From Octopus vulgaris (Eukaryota), in the NCBI GenBank assembly GCA_951406725.2, contig OX597823.1, positions 16,926,001 through 16,990,000 on the forward strand: 64,000 nt of DNA, in the 5' to 3' direction. The position numbers and the translations under genes were made by a program. Shown piece by piece: positions 11,494 to 25,633 of the stretch. The notes below the pieces were generated by a model. The model worked only from the letters and a program-made list of their open reading frames with translations, ran no database searches and was not told where the DNA came from. The first letter of the stretch is position 1. Each line of letters opens with the position of its first letter.

Positions 11494-13292
11494 ACTGGAA
11501 ATCTGGCCCTAATGCTTGAAACAGAGTGGACCCCGTTAAAGGCACCAGTGGACCAGGTAGTGGTGTTAATCTGTGCACTGGATTAAGTCTACCATCCAAG
11601 TAAGCCATGACAAGATTTGAACTCAGAACGGAAAGAGCTGTAAAATTACAGCAACACATCCTGTCTGACACCCTAATGATTCTGCCAGTGTAAATCCTGA
11701 GACTGGCATTTCATTTATCCTTTCCGGAAAGATTAAAAGCTAAGTTGATCTTGGTCAGAACTGAATTCATCTGTCAATTTAGCAACACTGCCAGTTTACT
11801 TCCTAGACTAATTAAACTATATTGGAGAGTTCTAGGTGGAGTCTGATAACCTTCAACTGCCCTGAGACAAGAAGTAAGGAACCAAAACAGATTCCTCACT
11901 TCTCACAATCAATGGACTTAATACCAAGCTCTTCTATGTCCTCTCCAACAGATCAGTTGCTGCTAATGTTGTCAACTCATCATCAGTTTCCTTAGAATCA
12001 GGATTTTACTCCATCTTTGTTCTGCCTTATCGTTTTCCTTTGCAAAATGTCTTTTGTTTTATTTATTTAATTGATAATAAAAAAAAAAATTCACAAGAGG
12101 AAAAAAAAAGGGTGGGGGGAAGCAATATTTCAACTTAAATATTAAATAATTTTCAACAAGCAATAACTTTGGAAAAAACAAAACAAAACAAATTACTTCA
12201 AAATCAAAAAATATAAACAAAATAATGTATACATATCACATTAAATAATTCAACAAATTTATATATATATATGGATATTATTGTATGTATAGGATGGGAT
12301 AAAGAGAGAGAGAGAGAGAGAGAGAGAGAGTAAATGAATTTTAAAAAAAGGAATTTTGATAAAACAAATTATCAACTTTTAATGTTTTTAGGTATTGGGC
12401 CAATTTCATAAGGGGACATATATCAATCAACTCCAGCATATCACAGATACTCGGTTTATTAAAACACCCCTTCCTCAAACCCATGCAACCAAAACATTAC
12501 AGAGGATATTTTTTAGTCCAACAAGGTTTCTTATAAAATCCACAACTTTTATAATAGTAACTCTTAACACTGACAGAGGCCACACATTTTTAGTAGCAGG
12601 GTGGGACAGAGTTAATTTAATCATCAACCCTGTAGATATCTGATGATTATTTTGTCAATCCTGGGAGCCACTACATGGTTGCTTGACCTGCAAGAAATAG
12701 CAGCCAAATCACGCTCAAATATCATCCTACTGTCTTAAGTAAGGAAAGGATACATTCAACAAGTCAGTCTTATATATTTTGTAAATCAAAGAATGGACAT
12801 GTCGGATCTTCATATCAACACCTCCATTCTTGGAATTACTTCTTGGAAAATACTTTATGACTAACAAATTTTTCCTGGAATTTCAGTTCGTATGAAACTG
12901 TTTCCTTTATGGAAAACTGTTCATTTCTATTTTAAGGGAGGGTTACAGCTGATTAAGTAGGTCTCTGTATGCGACTGGTATATACTTTATCAATGGATGA
13001 CAGAAAGAGAAAGTGAAACTTATCAAGATCTGAATTTGGAACAAAAAAAAAAAAAGACATAACTTAACACAAGGAATCTTGTCTGATGCTGTGCTGATTC
13101 TGCCAATCTATTGCCCCTATAATTATTGCTTCTAATTTAGGCACAAGGCGAGCAGTTTTGAGGGAAGGGGTTAGTTGATGCTATTGAGCTAAGTACTAGA
13201 CTTGTATCTTATTTTATTTTGTTTTATCAATCCCAAAATGATGAAAGGCAAAGTTCATATCCTCAGAATATAAAGAACTGGAAGAAATACCT

Positions 13293-13524
13293 ATTTCTTT
13301 ATTACCCACAAGGGGCTAAACATAGAGGGGACAAACAAGGACAGACATAGATATTAAGTCGATTACATCAACCCCAGTGTGTAACTGGTGCTTAATTTAT
13401 CGAGCCCAAAAGGATGAAAGGCAAAGTCGACCTTGGCGGAATTTGAACTCACAACGTAACTGCAGACGAAATACCGCAAAGCATTTCGCCTGGCATGCTA
13501 ACGCTTCCGCCAGCTTGCCGCCTT
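13293..13524 (-). mobile_element. SINE family C, full length, inserted into an older copy of a related SINE
   Basis: 20-bp TSD AAGAACTGGAAGAAATACCT. Confidence 0.9.
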
Positions 13525-13701
13525 AAGAACTGGAAGAAATACCTCAAGGCATTTTGTCCGATGCTCTTACAATTCTGTAGCTGTTTTGGTGCCCTTATAA
13601 CAATTAGAATAATGATTTATAACATAGACAGAAAGGTACAGTAAACTCTATCGACCTTGCCCCAGTGCTGTACTGGAACTTATTGTATCAAATTCAAAAG
13701 C

Positions 13702-13893
13702 TGGTACTTCTTTGGAATTCTCCCTCCACCCTATAACTTTAGAACCAGTAATTTTAAAAAAAAAATTTTTTCAGATTTATATGTTTTCTATATTAGAAAT
13801 TATCATTTAGCAAAAAAAAAAATTTTTTTAAATTTAAATTCCCCACCAATTTATTTGCTTTATTTAGCTGACAAGACATGCTGTCACACACAA

Positions 13894-13937
<44 letters not shown>

Positions 13938-14277
13938 TGATAATGAAATTATTGTGTATAGTGCTCAGGTGCACGACAATTCATCAAAGGTGCGTGTACA
14001 GTACATAGAATTATGTACAGTTGAAATAAAAAATTTTTTTTTGTTTTGCTAAGTATTTTGCCTGGCATGCCAACGATTCTCCCTGCTTGCTGCCTTAATA
14101 ATAATAATAATTTTTTCAAATTTTGCCATAAGGACAGCAATTTTGTTTTTTTTTTGGTGGGGGGGTCGATATCTCCAATAGCAAAAACATATGAATCTGA
14201 AAAAAAAAAAAAATTACTGGTTCAAAAGTTATAGGTGGCAGGGGGTGGGAGTGGGGGTGATTCTGAAGAAGTACCCA
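13702..14277. mobile_element. MITE with about 100-bp terminal inverted repeats, carrying nested LINE/SINE scraps
   Basis: GGTACTTCTT..CCTATAACTTT..AACCAGTAATTTT..TCAGATT mirrored by AATCTGA..AATTACTGGTT..AAAGTTATAGG..AAGAAGTACC. Confidence 0.7.
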
Positions 14278-14619
14278 AAAGCCTAATGACAACATTAGAA
14301 AAAATAATTTTTAACATGGCATGAGGCTACATTTTTCAGGTTTTCTACAAAATCTGAAACCAGCTGTGCTGATAATAAATAGTACAACAATTTTTTATTG
14401 GCCACAAGAGCCCAAAATGTTGGGGAAGAGTACAATGAAGAAATGCAAAAGAAAACAATTGGGGATTTACATCAAGTAAAAGGGTTACATCAACAAAACA
14501 ATAACAATAATGATGACGACGATGATGATGATGATGTTGGTGATTTAAAGGTGAAATACAAAAGAAAGGTAGCAAGAGATGGAGAGGATTGACATCAAGT
14601 AAAAGGTTGAGATCAACAA

Positions 14620-15730
14620 AATAATAATGGTTTCTGATTTAGGAATAAGGTCATCAATTTTTAGGGGGAGGGGTCAGTCAACTACATAAATTCTGGTAAC
14701 TTTATTTTACTGACCCCTGAAAAGATGAAAAGCATGGTTAACGAGGGTGAGATTTGGATTCAGAATATAAGGAGCTAGAAAGAAATACAAGACATTTTTC
14801 TCCTATGCTTTAGCTATTCTTCCAATCTACCAAACAATAATAACAATAATAATAATGATGATAATAATAATAATAATAATCCTTTCTACTATAGGCATAA
14901 GGTCTGGAATTTGTGGGGAGGGAAATAGTCAATCACATCCAATCCCACTACTTGACTGGTACTTAATTTGTTGACCCTGAAAGGATGACAGGCAAAGTCA
15001 ACCTCGGTGGAATTTGAACTTAGAACATAAAGATTGACAAAATGACGATAAGTATTTTGCCCGGCATGCCAACGATTCTCCCTGCTTGCCACCTTAATAA
15101 TAATAATAACAATAATAATAATAATGTTTTCAAATTTTGCCACAAGGGCAGCAATTTTGGGGGAGGGGATGAGTTGATTTCATTGACTCCAGTACTTAAT
15201 TTATTGACTCTGAAAGGATGAAAGGCAAAGTTGACCTCAGCAGAATTTGAACTCAGAACATGGCGATGGGTGAAATACCGCTAAGCATTTTGCCCAGTGT
15301 GCTAACGATTCTGCCAGCTTGCTGCCTTAATAATAACAATAATAATAAGGTTTCAAATTTAGGCACAAGTCCAGCAAGGGCTAATTGATTACACTGACCC
15401 CAATCCTCGATAGTACTTTATTTTATTGACCCTAAAAGGATGAAAGGAAAAGTTGATCTTGGTGGGATTTGAACTCTGAAATGTAAAGAGTCAGATGAAA
15501 AGCTGCTAAGCATTTTGTCTGATGCTCCAGTGCTCACCTTAATAATAATAATAGTAATAATTGGGAGGAGATATAGTTGACTCATTCAACCCTGGTACTA
15601 TTTCCACAAACTTAGGAGAATGAAAGGCAAAGTTAATTTCAACTGGATCTCAGGTGAGAATGTAAAAAGACGTAACTAAAAAGTAAAAATAATTTTATCT
15701 GATGCTCTACCAGTTCTGCCATCTTCCACT
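14620..15730 (-). repeat. Cluster of at least five decayed family C SINEs separated by (AAT)n
   Basis: Recurrent AAAGGATGAAAGGCAAAGTYGACCTC core. Confidence 0.8.
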
Positions 15731-17179
15731 CTAATAATAACAAGGATCATATTTTTGTTTTGAAAGATTTAATATCACTTGAATTGGAAATAAAATGTTT
15801 CACAGTGCATTTAGAGGGAATGTAGACATTTTCATACATACAGGTGTAGAATCAGGAATGCTAAATACATTTTTTAATATTTTTTTTTTACAAAGATTTT
15901 TTTCCACATGAGAAGCTTCATAGTGAGTACTAAACTCCCAAACCTAATCATTTTTTTTTTTTTTTGCAGCACTCAAGCTCCACCTCACATGTTATCACCA
16001 GCTAAATCAATTTTATAAAATTCGACACGCACAAGGGTATTATTATTTACAATGTTTTCTAACACTTCTACACTATTTCTGTCTATTTCATGTTTTCTAT
16101 ATCTGTTACACCAAGAAATTTATTTCAACTTATTGTCAATATTTTATAAAGTTCATCATAACCAGTTTCATTCCTAACAAGGGTATCACTACTAAACACT
16201 ATATATCAGTTAAGACAAAACAGTACATATGTCTACATAATCACTTGATCTACTGCTCAGTGGAGAAACTAAATTTATCTTAAGAAATACTCTATTGTCT
16301 TTATCTTTTTAGTCACTATATTATTTTTGAGTAGATTGTTTACTGTGTTTTAGAAACTAATTTTCATATAATCAAAATTTGAGAGGGATAAATAAAATAT
16401 CTGTAATTTTATTACATATTGGTATATATTATGTTGGTGTTGATCTACTGGAAATTCTCATTATCATTCATGTTATCATTAGATTTTAACTCAAGATTTT
16501 ATTGTAACAAAATTTTGATATAATGCAAGTTAAATAAAGGCTAGCCACTGGATTTGGTTAAAAAGAGACGATGAGCGATGGCTAGAAGGATATTGAGTTT
16601 AACTTTAGAACCAGCTGATCTAGCAAGCGGGGCCTCATATCAGTGAGGGGGGCCAGTGCGCATTGATGCTGTCGAGAGGTAGGCCCCCGAAACGGCGTGC
16701 ATTCTCTCCTGATGACCCCATACACTTGCTGGCTTCCGGTATACGGAGCTTTTGACTGGCTTCCCAGACCCCAGTTGCATGTGCAAGTTGTTTGCAAGAC
16801 ATATGTGTAGTATCAGGCAAGTTGGTATTAAAAGGATTAATACACATTTAAACTATACATTTAAGTCCTGAATGAAAGAGCAGCATATTTACAAGAACAA
16901 GGTAAAAATATACGCCTCCAAAGCACCTAGGGTTATTTTAAGGGGCTAGTGCTTAGTTCTATTTTTATAGTATTAGTCTGCTGAATGACAGATCTCTTCC
17001 TTGTTTAGGAGACAGATCTATTCCAAGGCCACATATATATTTAGCAGGAGGGGTACAGATAACTGACTGAAGTAGCCCTAGTATTTTATTTTATTAATGC
17101 TGAAACAACAGAACGTAGAATTTGATTCCAATGGTATTTGAACTCAGAATGTAAAGGGTGGGAATTAAACATTAATATC

Positions 17180-17602
17180 CTTCTTGGGACACAAAACTCT
17201 ACTTGTGAAGACCTGTTGAGGCAAGTGAAAATCGAAATCGATCAACATCAATGGAAATTGTAGCTGTGATTCCAGTGCCGGTGGCACGTAAGAGAACCAT
17301 CCGAACGTGGCCGTTGCCAGCGCCACCCCGACTGGCCTCTGTGCCGGTGGCACATAAAAAGCACCATCCGATTGTGGCCGTTGCCAGCCTCGTCTGGCCT
17401 CCATGCCGGTGGCATGTAAAAAGCACCCACTACACTCTTGGAGTGGTTGGCGTTAGGAAGGGCATCCAGCTGTAGAAACACTACCAGATCAGACTGGGCC
17501 TGGTGCAGCCTCCTGGCTTCCCAGACCCCAGTTGAGCTGTCCAACCCATGCTAGCATGGAAAGTGGACGTTAAACGATGATGATGATGATGATGATGATG
17601 AT
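17180..17602 (+). mobile_element. SINE-like family D with internal ~60-bp tandem units and a (GAT)n tail of RTE type
   Basis: Matches 30244-30570, 30742-31140, 36820-37112, 43950-44310, 49445-49872, 51310-51783, 60113-60625. Confidence 0.82.
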
Positions 17603-19167
17603 GCATGTACTCTGGTTCTCTGTCATTCCCACAACAGTATCAAATAATACCAGATCAATAAAAAGTTGAAGAACGGAGATTTAACAAACACCAACATATA
17701 AATATGACTGTCAACCTTATGGATAGTCAATATAACCTGCAAACAACAGTGTTCCCAATTTAAAATGCCATAGGCTGTTAAAAACAAAAAAAGAAATAAA
17801 TGAAATCTTTTTTTTCTTATTATTATCCTCCATAGTTGGTTCTAAGTTCTGTAGCTTGTGTTAGTTATCACAGTTAATACAATGCTGAAAGGCTTCCTTA
17901 GCAGAATAAGTTACAATCTGTTGGAGCATTTCCCAGATTTCAAGATAGATTCTAACTGATGTAGAGAAAGAAAAAGACACTTCTGTTCTTGAATTTATTA
18001 CCAAGGACCAAAAGAATTCATTTATTTCCCAAAGTTCTTCTGTTTCAACAATTTTCCATTTCAAAAAATGTTTCTCTATTTTAGATATAGGAATGGCTAA
18101 CTAGTTATGTAGTTTGCTTCTCAACTATGTGATTTCCAGTCAAATTCCACTGCAAAGTACTTTGAAAGAATGTCTTCTATCATAGCCGCAGATTGACCAA
18201 AGCTTTGTAAGTGAAATTTGGTAGATGGAAACTGCATGGAAGCAAGAGAAAGAGAGAGACAAACTGTTCTTGTTCTTGAGAGGTAAACTTAATTCATTGC
18301 CCAGTTTCCCACCACATGACCATTGAGTGTCTTTAGCAGGGACCTTTCTGTTATAAATATTCAGGACAGGTCTCTGGTTCGTGGATAACTTCTTCCCTTC
18401 TTCCTATCAATCATAAATATGCTGCACTTCTGACTTTGGTGTTAAAATTGAAAAAAAAGTTATTAAAAATGAAAACATCGGTGTTGAATTTGTAACAAAA
18501 AAGAAAAAGAAAAAAAAGCATTTCAATTTTATTTTCACACTTCTTGGCTGTTTGATGATCTTTTATTGTTTCAGTTCTGGCAGGAAATGTTAATGCCAGG
18601 AAATCGACAGGAGTAAATCCAAAGAATCGGTCTTTGGTAGTATGGCAGTGCTAATAATGATGATGATAATAATAATATCGCCCTATTATATTGAAGATGA
18701 AGAAGTGTGTAATGATAATATAATGATAGAGTTTCAGTCCAAGGAATTTCTTCTTTAAATATCTTAAAAAAAAAATGAAATGAAGTTGAATATTACAAAG
18801 GTTCACTGTGAGCCTCGAAATATTTGAATGTGCTTCAGCCGTTTCAATTTATGTTGTATTGTGCACAAAACAGATATTGTTTAATATCTTAGTTTTTCAA
18901 TTAAATCTCAACAGAAGAAAGGGAGAAAATACTGTTCAAATAAGATTACAAATCACTCACTCAATATTTATTTATCACAAGAAAGACATGACAAATAAAA
19001 TCCATTACATACAGATTGCAGCCATTTATAACTGGATACCTCTATTATTACCTTCATGAATATGCTTCAACAAGTTATTACCCAGGATAGGATTTGAGCT
19101 CTGTTAAATAAGCCATGAAAATTATACAATATTTCCCCTACTTTTTCTCTCTCTTTCCCTCCCCACC

Positions 19168-19204
<37 letters not shown>

Positions 19205-19349
19205 AAAGATAAAGATGAATATATTTCAGGATACTATTTAACTGTAGTTACACTTCTTGAATTTTCAGAAATAGTATTATTTTGAGGATTTGAAAGATGA
19301 AACTATAATTAAACAATATTTGTGAGTATATATAAATATACACACATAT

Positions 19350-19512
19350 AGGCGCAGGAGTGGCTGTGTGGTAAGTAGTGTGTTTACCAACCACATGGTT
19401 CCGTGTTCAGTCCCACTGCGTGGCACCTTGGGCAGGTGTCTTCTGCTTTAGCCCCGGGCTGACCAATGCCTTGTGAGTGGATTTGGTAGACGGAAACTGA
19501 AAGAAGCCCATC

Positions 19513-19557
<45 letters not shown>

Positions 19558-19771
19558 CGTGTGTTTGTACATCTGTGTTTGTCGCCCTAGCATTGCTTGA
19601 CAACCGATGCTGTTGTGTTTACGTCCCCGTCACTTAGCGGTTCGGCAAAAGACACCGATAGAATAAGTACTGGGCTTACAAAAGAATAAGTCCCAGGGTC
19701 AAGTTGCTCGATTAAAGGCGGTGCTCCAGCATGGCCGCAGTCAAATGACAAACAAGTAAAAGAGTAAAGAG
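19350..19771 (+). mobile_element. SINE family B, full length
   Basis: tRNA-like head, central (TA)n, GAGTAAA tail. Confidence 0.88.
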
Positions 19772-20150
19772 TATACATACTGAAATAAATAAAGTTTTAT
19801 AAATAATTCCACTTTAAATCTCCCAGAGATGCTAATTACAGCCACAAGAATTTCACTAATTACCTCTAGAATCCCAGACCACATTCTCTATCTTCAGGAT
19901 AAAAATCACAAAAAGGATTCAGAGCAGGACTCAACAAGCCATAGAGAATATTGGAACAAAGAAAACCTAAGGGATTTATTGAGCTTGTAAACATTTGGAC
20001 AATGAAATACCTAAAAAAAGGTTAGACATTTTCTTCAGTATGTGTGTGTGTGCATATACATATGAGTATTACACAAGCACATCTATTCAATACTCTTTAA
20101 TACACAAACATATATTTCATTATATTATGCACACACTCATTTATTCCAAA

Positions 20151-20537
20151 CTAGCAGTATCGCCTGGCGTTGCTCGGGTTTGTAAGGGAAATAACTATAT
20201 AAGCATTTTTAGAGAGTTATAGCCAAAAAATAGCAAAAAAATGCATTAAAAATGGAAAAAAAATTATGGTAATTTTTTTTTAAATCGTTGACTCATCGTA
20301 GACATTTTTAGAGAGTTACTTCCCTTATATAATAGCGAAAAAAATGCATTAAAATGGTAAAAAATGATGGTAAATTTTTTTTTAAATCGTAGACTCATAC
20401 TAATACCCAGAAGGGCTTGATATGAATCACGACTATAAGATACCCGGTTTTGGTTAAACTGTACCGCAAAATGTGGGAGTAGTTAGGAATCTAAATCGTA
20501 GGAGACAGACACACAACTTCTCTTTTATATATAAAGA
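20151..20537 (-). mobile_element. Non-autonomous Helitron (second subfamily)
   Basis: TC...hairpin...CTAG ends inserted between A and T; near-identical to 45395-45791 and 50049-50437. Confidence 0.85.
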
Positions 20538-21539
20538 TATGTAGTTTTGATTACAAGGGATCCGTAAAGGATTGAGGCATATATAAATATGAAGGGTTCC
20601 CTTTACTGCTATTCTGGATTTCTGCTCTCAACTGCAACTGAAATCCAAAGTTTAAATTATAGACTTTATGACATCCTAAGATCTTCAGCTGATAGCCATT
20701 CCCAGGTGTAAGAGACATGGCCAATCTAAGTTATTTGTGGTGTTTGAGGTTAAAGTTAGGGTTTAGACTTATTGAAATCAGTGATATAAATCTTGTTGAT
20801 ATACTGTCTAATCAGGTGGGAGCCATTGATGATTTGTAGATTATCATCAAACGAACACACACACACATCATCCCCATATATGTGTGTGTGTGAGAGAGAG
20901 AGATTCAGTATAAGGTTGCCAGAGTGATGATGCTATATGCTTCGTTCATCAAATGTTAACCCATTTGCAATTGGAAATGGCCCTGGAAGATGCTTATTTT
21001 CGTACCTACATTTTAACATAATTTTGAATTTCCTATTCAATATTTTGTACAGCTGCGTAAGAATATTATTATTCTTTCTTAGGCAGACACAACAGATATC
21101 TTCTTGAACCACTTATGTACAGGGTTGCTGTTCCTACATATCTTGGGACAATGTAAGGTCTGGAATTTATAACTTAAACTTTGAATTCTAATCAAAGTGA
21201 AAAGTGCAAAACAGCACCAAAAGAAAACTTCATCTTGAAATAAATGAATAAATTCTACTGTATGTATTGAGCATTTTCCCTGCTAATTTATAAATTCAAA
21301 TGTGTGCATCTGCATATTATAGGCAACATACATTTATGAGCAACAGTTTGAAGTTGAAAACTTAGCAAACCCACTGACAGAAACTGAACACTGCATCTCT
21401 AGCTTACTGTACAAACATACTACCATTTACATCAACCTGAGGTTTGGTGATAATTTTCTTTCTCAAATTAAGATACAAATATATGTGTGCAGTATTGACC
21501 AGTTATTTTGATATCAATTTCATGTCTCTGAGATGGAAC

Positions 21540-21870
21540 ATGTCTGGACATATTTACAAAGTCAGAAAACAGCACTGCTCCCATGACTTCAGGAAACATT
21601 TTTTCACGCTGAGAGTTGCATGGAACAAACTGCTGGCATCAGTTGTTAGTTGTCGGAGCACTGCATCCTTCAAAACTTCCATGCTTTCTGAGATTCGCCA
21701 ACACTACACCTGATTTTCTCCCCTCCATACACACATGGGCATGTATCTGACTCATACATTGTTCGCTTTCCAGACATTTTTACATTACTGCATGTACTTT
21801 ATATGCACTTTCTGACAAGTTGTGGTGCACCTGAGCACTGTATACAATAATTTCATTATTATTATTATTA
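21540..21870 (+). mobile_element. CR1-like LINE 3' end
   Basis: GHIYKVRKQH..DFRKHFFTLRV..WNKL..FK motif, (ATT)n tail; same family at 39641-40020 (-) and 42533-43066 (+). Confidence 0.85.
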
Positions 21871-22437
21871 TAGTATAAATCTATGTAAACATAGGTTTCA
21901 TTAATTAATGTACAAAAAAAAAAGCATGAAATTACATCTTGATTGAATGTACAGACAAGACTTAAACCCAAATGGTAGGAATATATAATAGATTAATAGG
22001 TAATATAAACAATATTGATTTCTAACATCAAACTCAATGTCACATATTTTAAGGACAGGATAAAATAATTAAATGAACCATGAGTATTTGACTGGTACAT
22101 GCTCTAGTATCAGTCATGAAAATTTAAAATGCAAAACTGACCTTAGTAAGATTTGCATGGAGAACATTAAGGGACCTAACTGAATAACACAAAGCACTTT
22201 CTTTATTGCTCTATTGATTCTACCTGATGCTGCCACCCATCAATTAATATGAACAGTAAACATTTAAACTAGCTTGATCAAAGGAGGAAAGTCAGTTAAA
22301 ATGATCTTTTTCAGAGGAAGGAAAAAAATTGATCTTAGACCAGAGACCTGTTTCAAATGCTTGTAACAGAGTGGACTCTGCTCAGGGTATCTAATTGAGA
22401 TTATGCATTTGTTGTTATTCTTAAATAACATGCACAT

Positions 22438-22595
22438 AGGCGCAAGGGTGGTTGTGTGGTAAGTAGCTTGCTTACCAACCACATGGATCCAGGTTCAGTC
22501 CCACTGCATGGCACCTTGGGCAAGTGTCTTCTACTATAGCCTCGGGCCAACCAAAGCCTTGTGAGTGGATTTGGTAGATGGAAACTGAAAGAAAC

Positions 22596-22643
<48 letters not shown>

Positions 22644-23070
22644 TATATACATACAAGCACCAACTAAACTCTCGGAGTGGTTGGCATTAGGAAGGGCATT
22701 CAGCTGTAGAAGCTTTGCCAGATCAGACGTGGAAAAAAGTGATGAAAGTTAATCTCAGCCTTCTGACTCACCAGGCCTCAGTCAAACCATCCAACCCATG
22801 CCACCATGGAAAGCAGACGTTAAATGATGATGATGATGATGATGTATGTGTGTGTATATGTTTGTGTGTCTGTGTTTGTCCCCCCAACATCGCTTTACAA
22901 CCAATGCTGGTATGTTTACATCCCCATAATTTAGTGGTTCGGCAAAAGAGACGGATAGAATAAGTACTAGGTTCACAAAGAAAAAAACCTGGGGTCAATT
23001 TGCTCAAATAAAGGTGGTGCTCCAGCATGGCTGCAGTCAGATGACTGAAACAAGTAAAAGAATAAAAGAA
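22438..23070 (+). mobile_element. SINE family B interrupted by a family D 3' fragment
   Basis: Head at 22438, family D tail at about 22655-22843 inside the central microsatellite, family B tail to 23070. Confidence 0.78.
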
Positions 23071-23324
23071 TATTGTTTATATCCATGAGACATTTGATCG
23101 TGTACTAATAAAATATCAATATTTAATATTGCTTATATTAAAAAGAAAATGGTGGATTAGCAGAATCAACAGAGTCTCCCCAAATATCTTGTGGCATTTA
23201 GTTATATTCAAAATTCAAACCCTTTAAAGTTGACTTTGCTTTTCAAATTTCTGGGGCATTATGTATTGACATCAATATTGCTTATACTAAAACCACATCT
23301 GTTAATGTGTGTGTGTGTGTATGT

Positions 23325-23622
23325 GTGGAGGCGCAATGGCCCAGTGGTTAGGGCAGTGGACTCATGGTTGTAGGATCGTGGTTTTGATTCTCAGACCGAG
23401 CATTGTGAGTGTTTATTGAGTGAAAATACCTAAAGCTCCATGAGGCTCTGGCAAGGGGTAGTGGTGATCCTTGCTGTACTCTCTCGCTGCAACTTTCTCT
23501 CACTCTTTCTTCTGTTGGCCTGCTCGCTTAGCCAGCAGGGTGGCGTCATTTGAAGGTTAAAACAATGCGAAGCGCATTGTGACCAGCAATGTGCAGCAAC
23601 ATCTGATAGCCTGGTCGGTCAC
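23325..23622 (+). mobile_element. SINE family A, tail type 2
   Basis: Sequence match to 9697-9988. Confidence 0.85.
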
Positions 23623-24714
23623 ATAATTCATTTTATGTCAGATAGAATGGTTAAAATATATTCTCTAGAGCTGAATGTAGTCAAACATGTCATGATTCAT
23701 GAGAAATATGTGTCATAATGTTTGTATCTATACGGTATGTCACATTTGTTTTATCAAAATAGACTGAATTTCTGTTTACAAATATGTGTGTGCATGTGTA
23801 CAATGTACAAGGCATTAAGTTACAAATAAAACAAGTCTTTTGATCATGATATTAGTCTGGAAAGATGATAATGTGTCTTTAACAGAAACGGAGATAGCCA
23901 GAATGAGAGGATGACAAAAAAAAAAAAAAAAAACCCAATCCTTATAAAAAAAATGGTATCTTAGGAATGATTAGAAGACATGCAGACCATTACACAAGAA
24001 AATCCTTAGGACTTACAACTATAAGCAATGTATAGAAAATATCACTGCTACAGGGTACTGCACGCATATAAAGAGAATTTCCAATACAATAGGGAAAAAC
24101 CCATTCATAAATATCTGCAAGTACCTATGGTGAGCAGAATTGTGCCTAATTGTGTATTGACAGCAATACAATAATAATAAGACAACCTGTGACAAAAAGA
24201 AAAAAAAGAAGAAAGTCTATACTGAAATATTTCAAAACTATCAGAAACAACTTTCCCTCTCAAACTGTGAGATATTGAACCTAAAAGAAAGATAAAAAAA
24301 ATGAATAAAAAATGTAAATTTTTCCCAAACCTCAGGAAACATCATTACCATCATCACATCATCATCATCATCATCATCATCATTTTACATCTGTTTTTCC
24401 ATGCTTGTTTGGGTCTGCTCCCGTACATCTCAGCACTTGTGTTGTTGTGGCCATTTTGTCATCTCTTTCTGTGAGGTCTAGGATTCTGAGATTAACTTTC
24501 ATCACTTTTTCCCCAGCACATCTTCCTCAATCTTTTACAGACTCTTCCCGCTTGGATCGCTGTTGACATGTGGTCATACAGCATGTCGTAGTTGTGGATC
24601 ATGAAATTTGTACCGTAATTACATGTGGGTCATTAAATGCGCAACCATAAATTTTGTCGTTTAGGATACATGTCCTGCTTTAATTCTGTATATAAGAAAA
24701 TGTGCAGGGCAAAT

Positions 24715-25103
24715 GGGGGGGAAGCACTCCGTCGGTTACGACGACGAGGGTTCCGGTTGATCCGATCAACGGAACAGCCTGCTCATGAAATTAACATGTA
24801 AGTGGCTGAGCACTCCACAGACACGTGCACCCTTAACGTAGTTCTCGGGGATATTCAGCGTGACACAGAGAGTGACAAGGTCGGCCCCTTGAAATACAGG
24901 TACAACAGAAACAGGAAGTAAGAGTGAGAGAAAGTTGTGGTGAAAGAGTACAGCAGGGATCACCACCATCCCCTGCCGGAGCCTCGTGGAGCTTTTAGGT
25001 GTTTTCGCTCAATAAACACTCACAACGCCCGGTCTGGGAATAGAAACCGCGATCCTATGACCGCGAGTCCGCTGCCCTAACCACTGGGCCATTGCGGCTC
25101 CAC
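24715..25103 (-). mobile_element. SINE family A, tail type 1, about 360 bp downstream of the PepT stop
   Basis: TSD GCAGGGCAAAT. Confidence 0.9.
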
Positions 25104-25412
25104 GCAGGGCAAATATTGACTACTGAAAATGTTAAGTAGGGAGGAGAGAAGGAGAGAGATATATTGATAGAGAGAAAGAGAGAGAGAGAGAAACAGACAG
25201 AAATGAACTTTCGTGGTTAGCTGAAACAATTATAATCATCAATTTTTCTCCTGATAATGATGAATAAAAAAAATTCACTAAAAAAGACGAAGAAGTGTTT
25301 TAGCATGAAATTGTCTTTAAATAATCAATAGAAATGATACGAAATGTATTTATACAGAGTTGAGATATGCCGACATATATACATGTTTGCATGTGTGTGT
25401 GTGTTGTATGAT

Positions 25413-25445
<33 letters not shown>

Positions 25446-25462
25446 GTATGTGTTTAAGTATT

Positions 25463-25633
25463 TTATTCCCCAATGCTATCATCAATTGGTGTCTGAACTA
25501 ATGTCAATTTGTCATCCACACCATTGATATATGAGCTTGGCATGTTGTCATTATATCGGTAAAACATTGACATGATGCTATATAAAACCACATCCACAGC
25601 CATCAGGGCAGAAAACAGGAAAAACTCTGAAGC
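25463..25633 (-). CDS. SLC15A1/SLC15A2: PepT last coding exon: ASEFFLFSALMAVDVVLYSIMSMFYRYNDNMPSSYINGVDDKLTLVQTPIDDSIGE*
   Basis: ttccag acceptor, TM12 (EFFLFxxLM...YxY), TAA stop. Confidence 0.94.
   Translation of the reverse strand, partial: ASEFFLFSALMAVDVVLYSIMSMFYRYNDNMPSSYINGVDDKLTLVQTPIDDSIGE

Noticed and set aside
16570-16635. Weak resemblance to 7SK RNA (GCTGATCT..GCGGG)
   Set aside because: Only a short motif matches; no paired GAUC motif, Pol III terminator or other 7SK elements.
18570-18765. Candidate minus-strand exon or ORF after a long pyrimidine tract
   Set aside because: Low-complexity translation with no homology; could be UTR, but unsupported.
21083-21152. Candidate plus-strand exon (ttcttag ... 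GTAAGG)
   Set aside because: No recognisable protein or partner exons; such signals arise by chance in AT-rich DNA.
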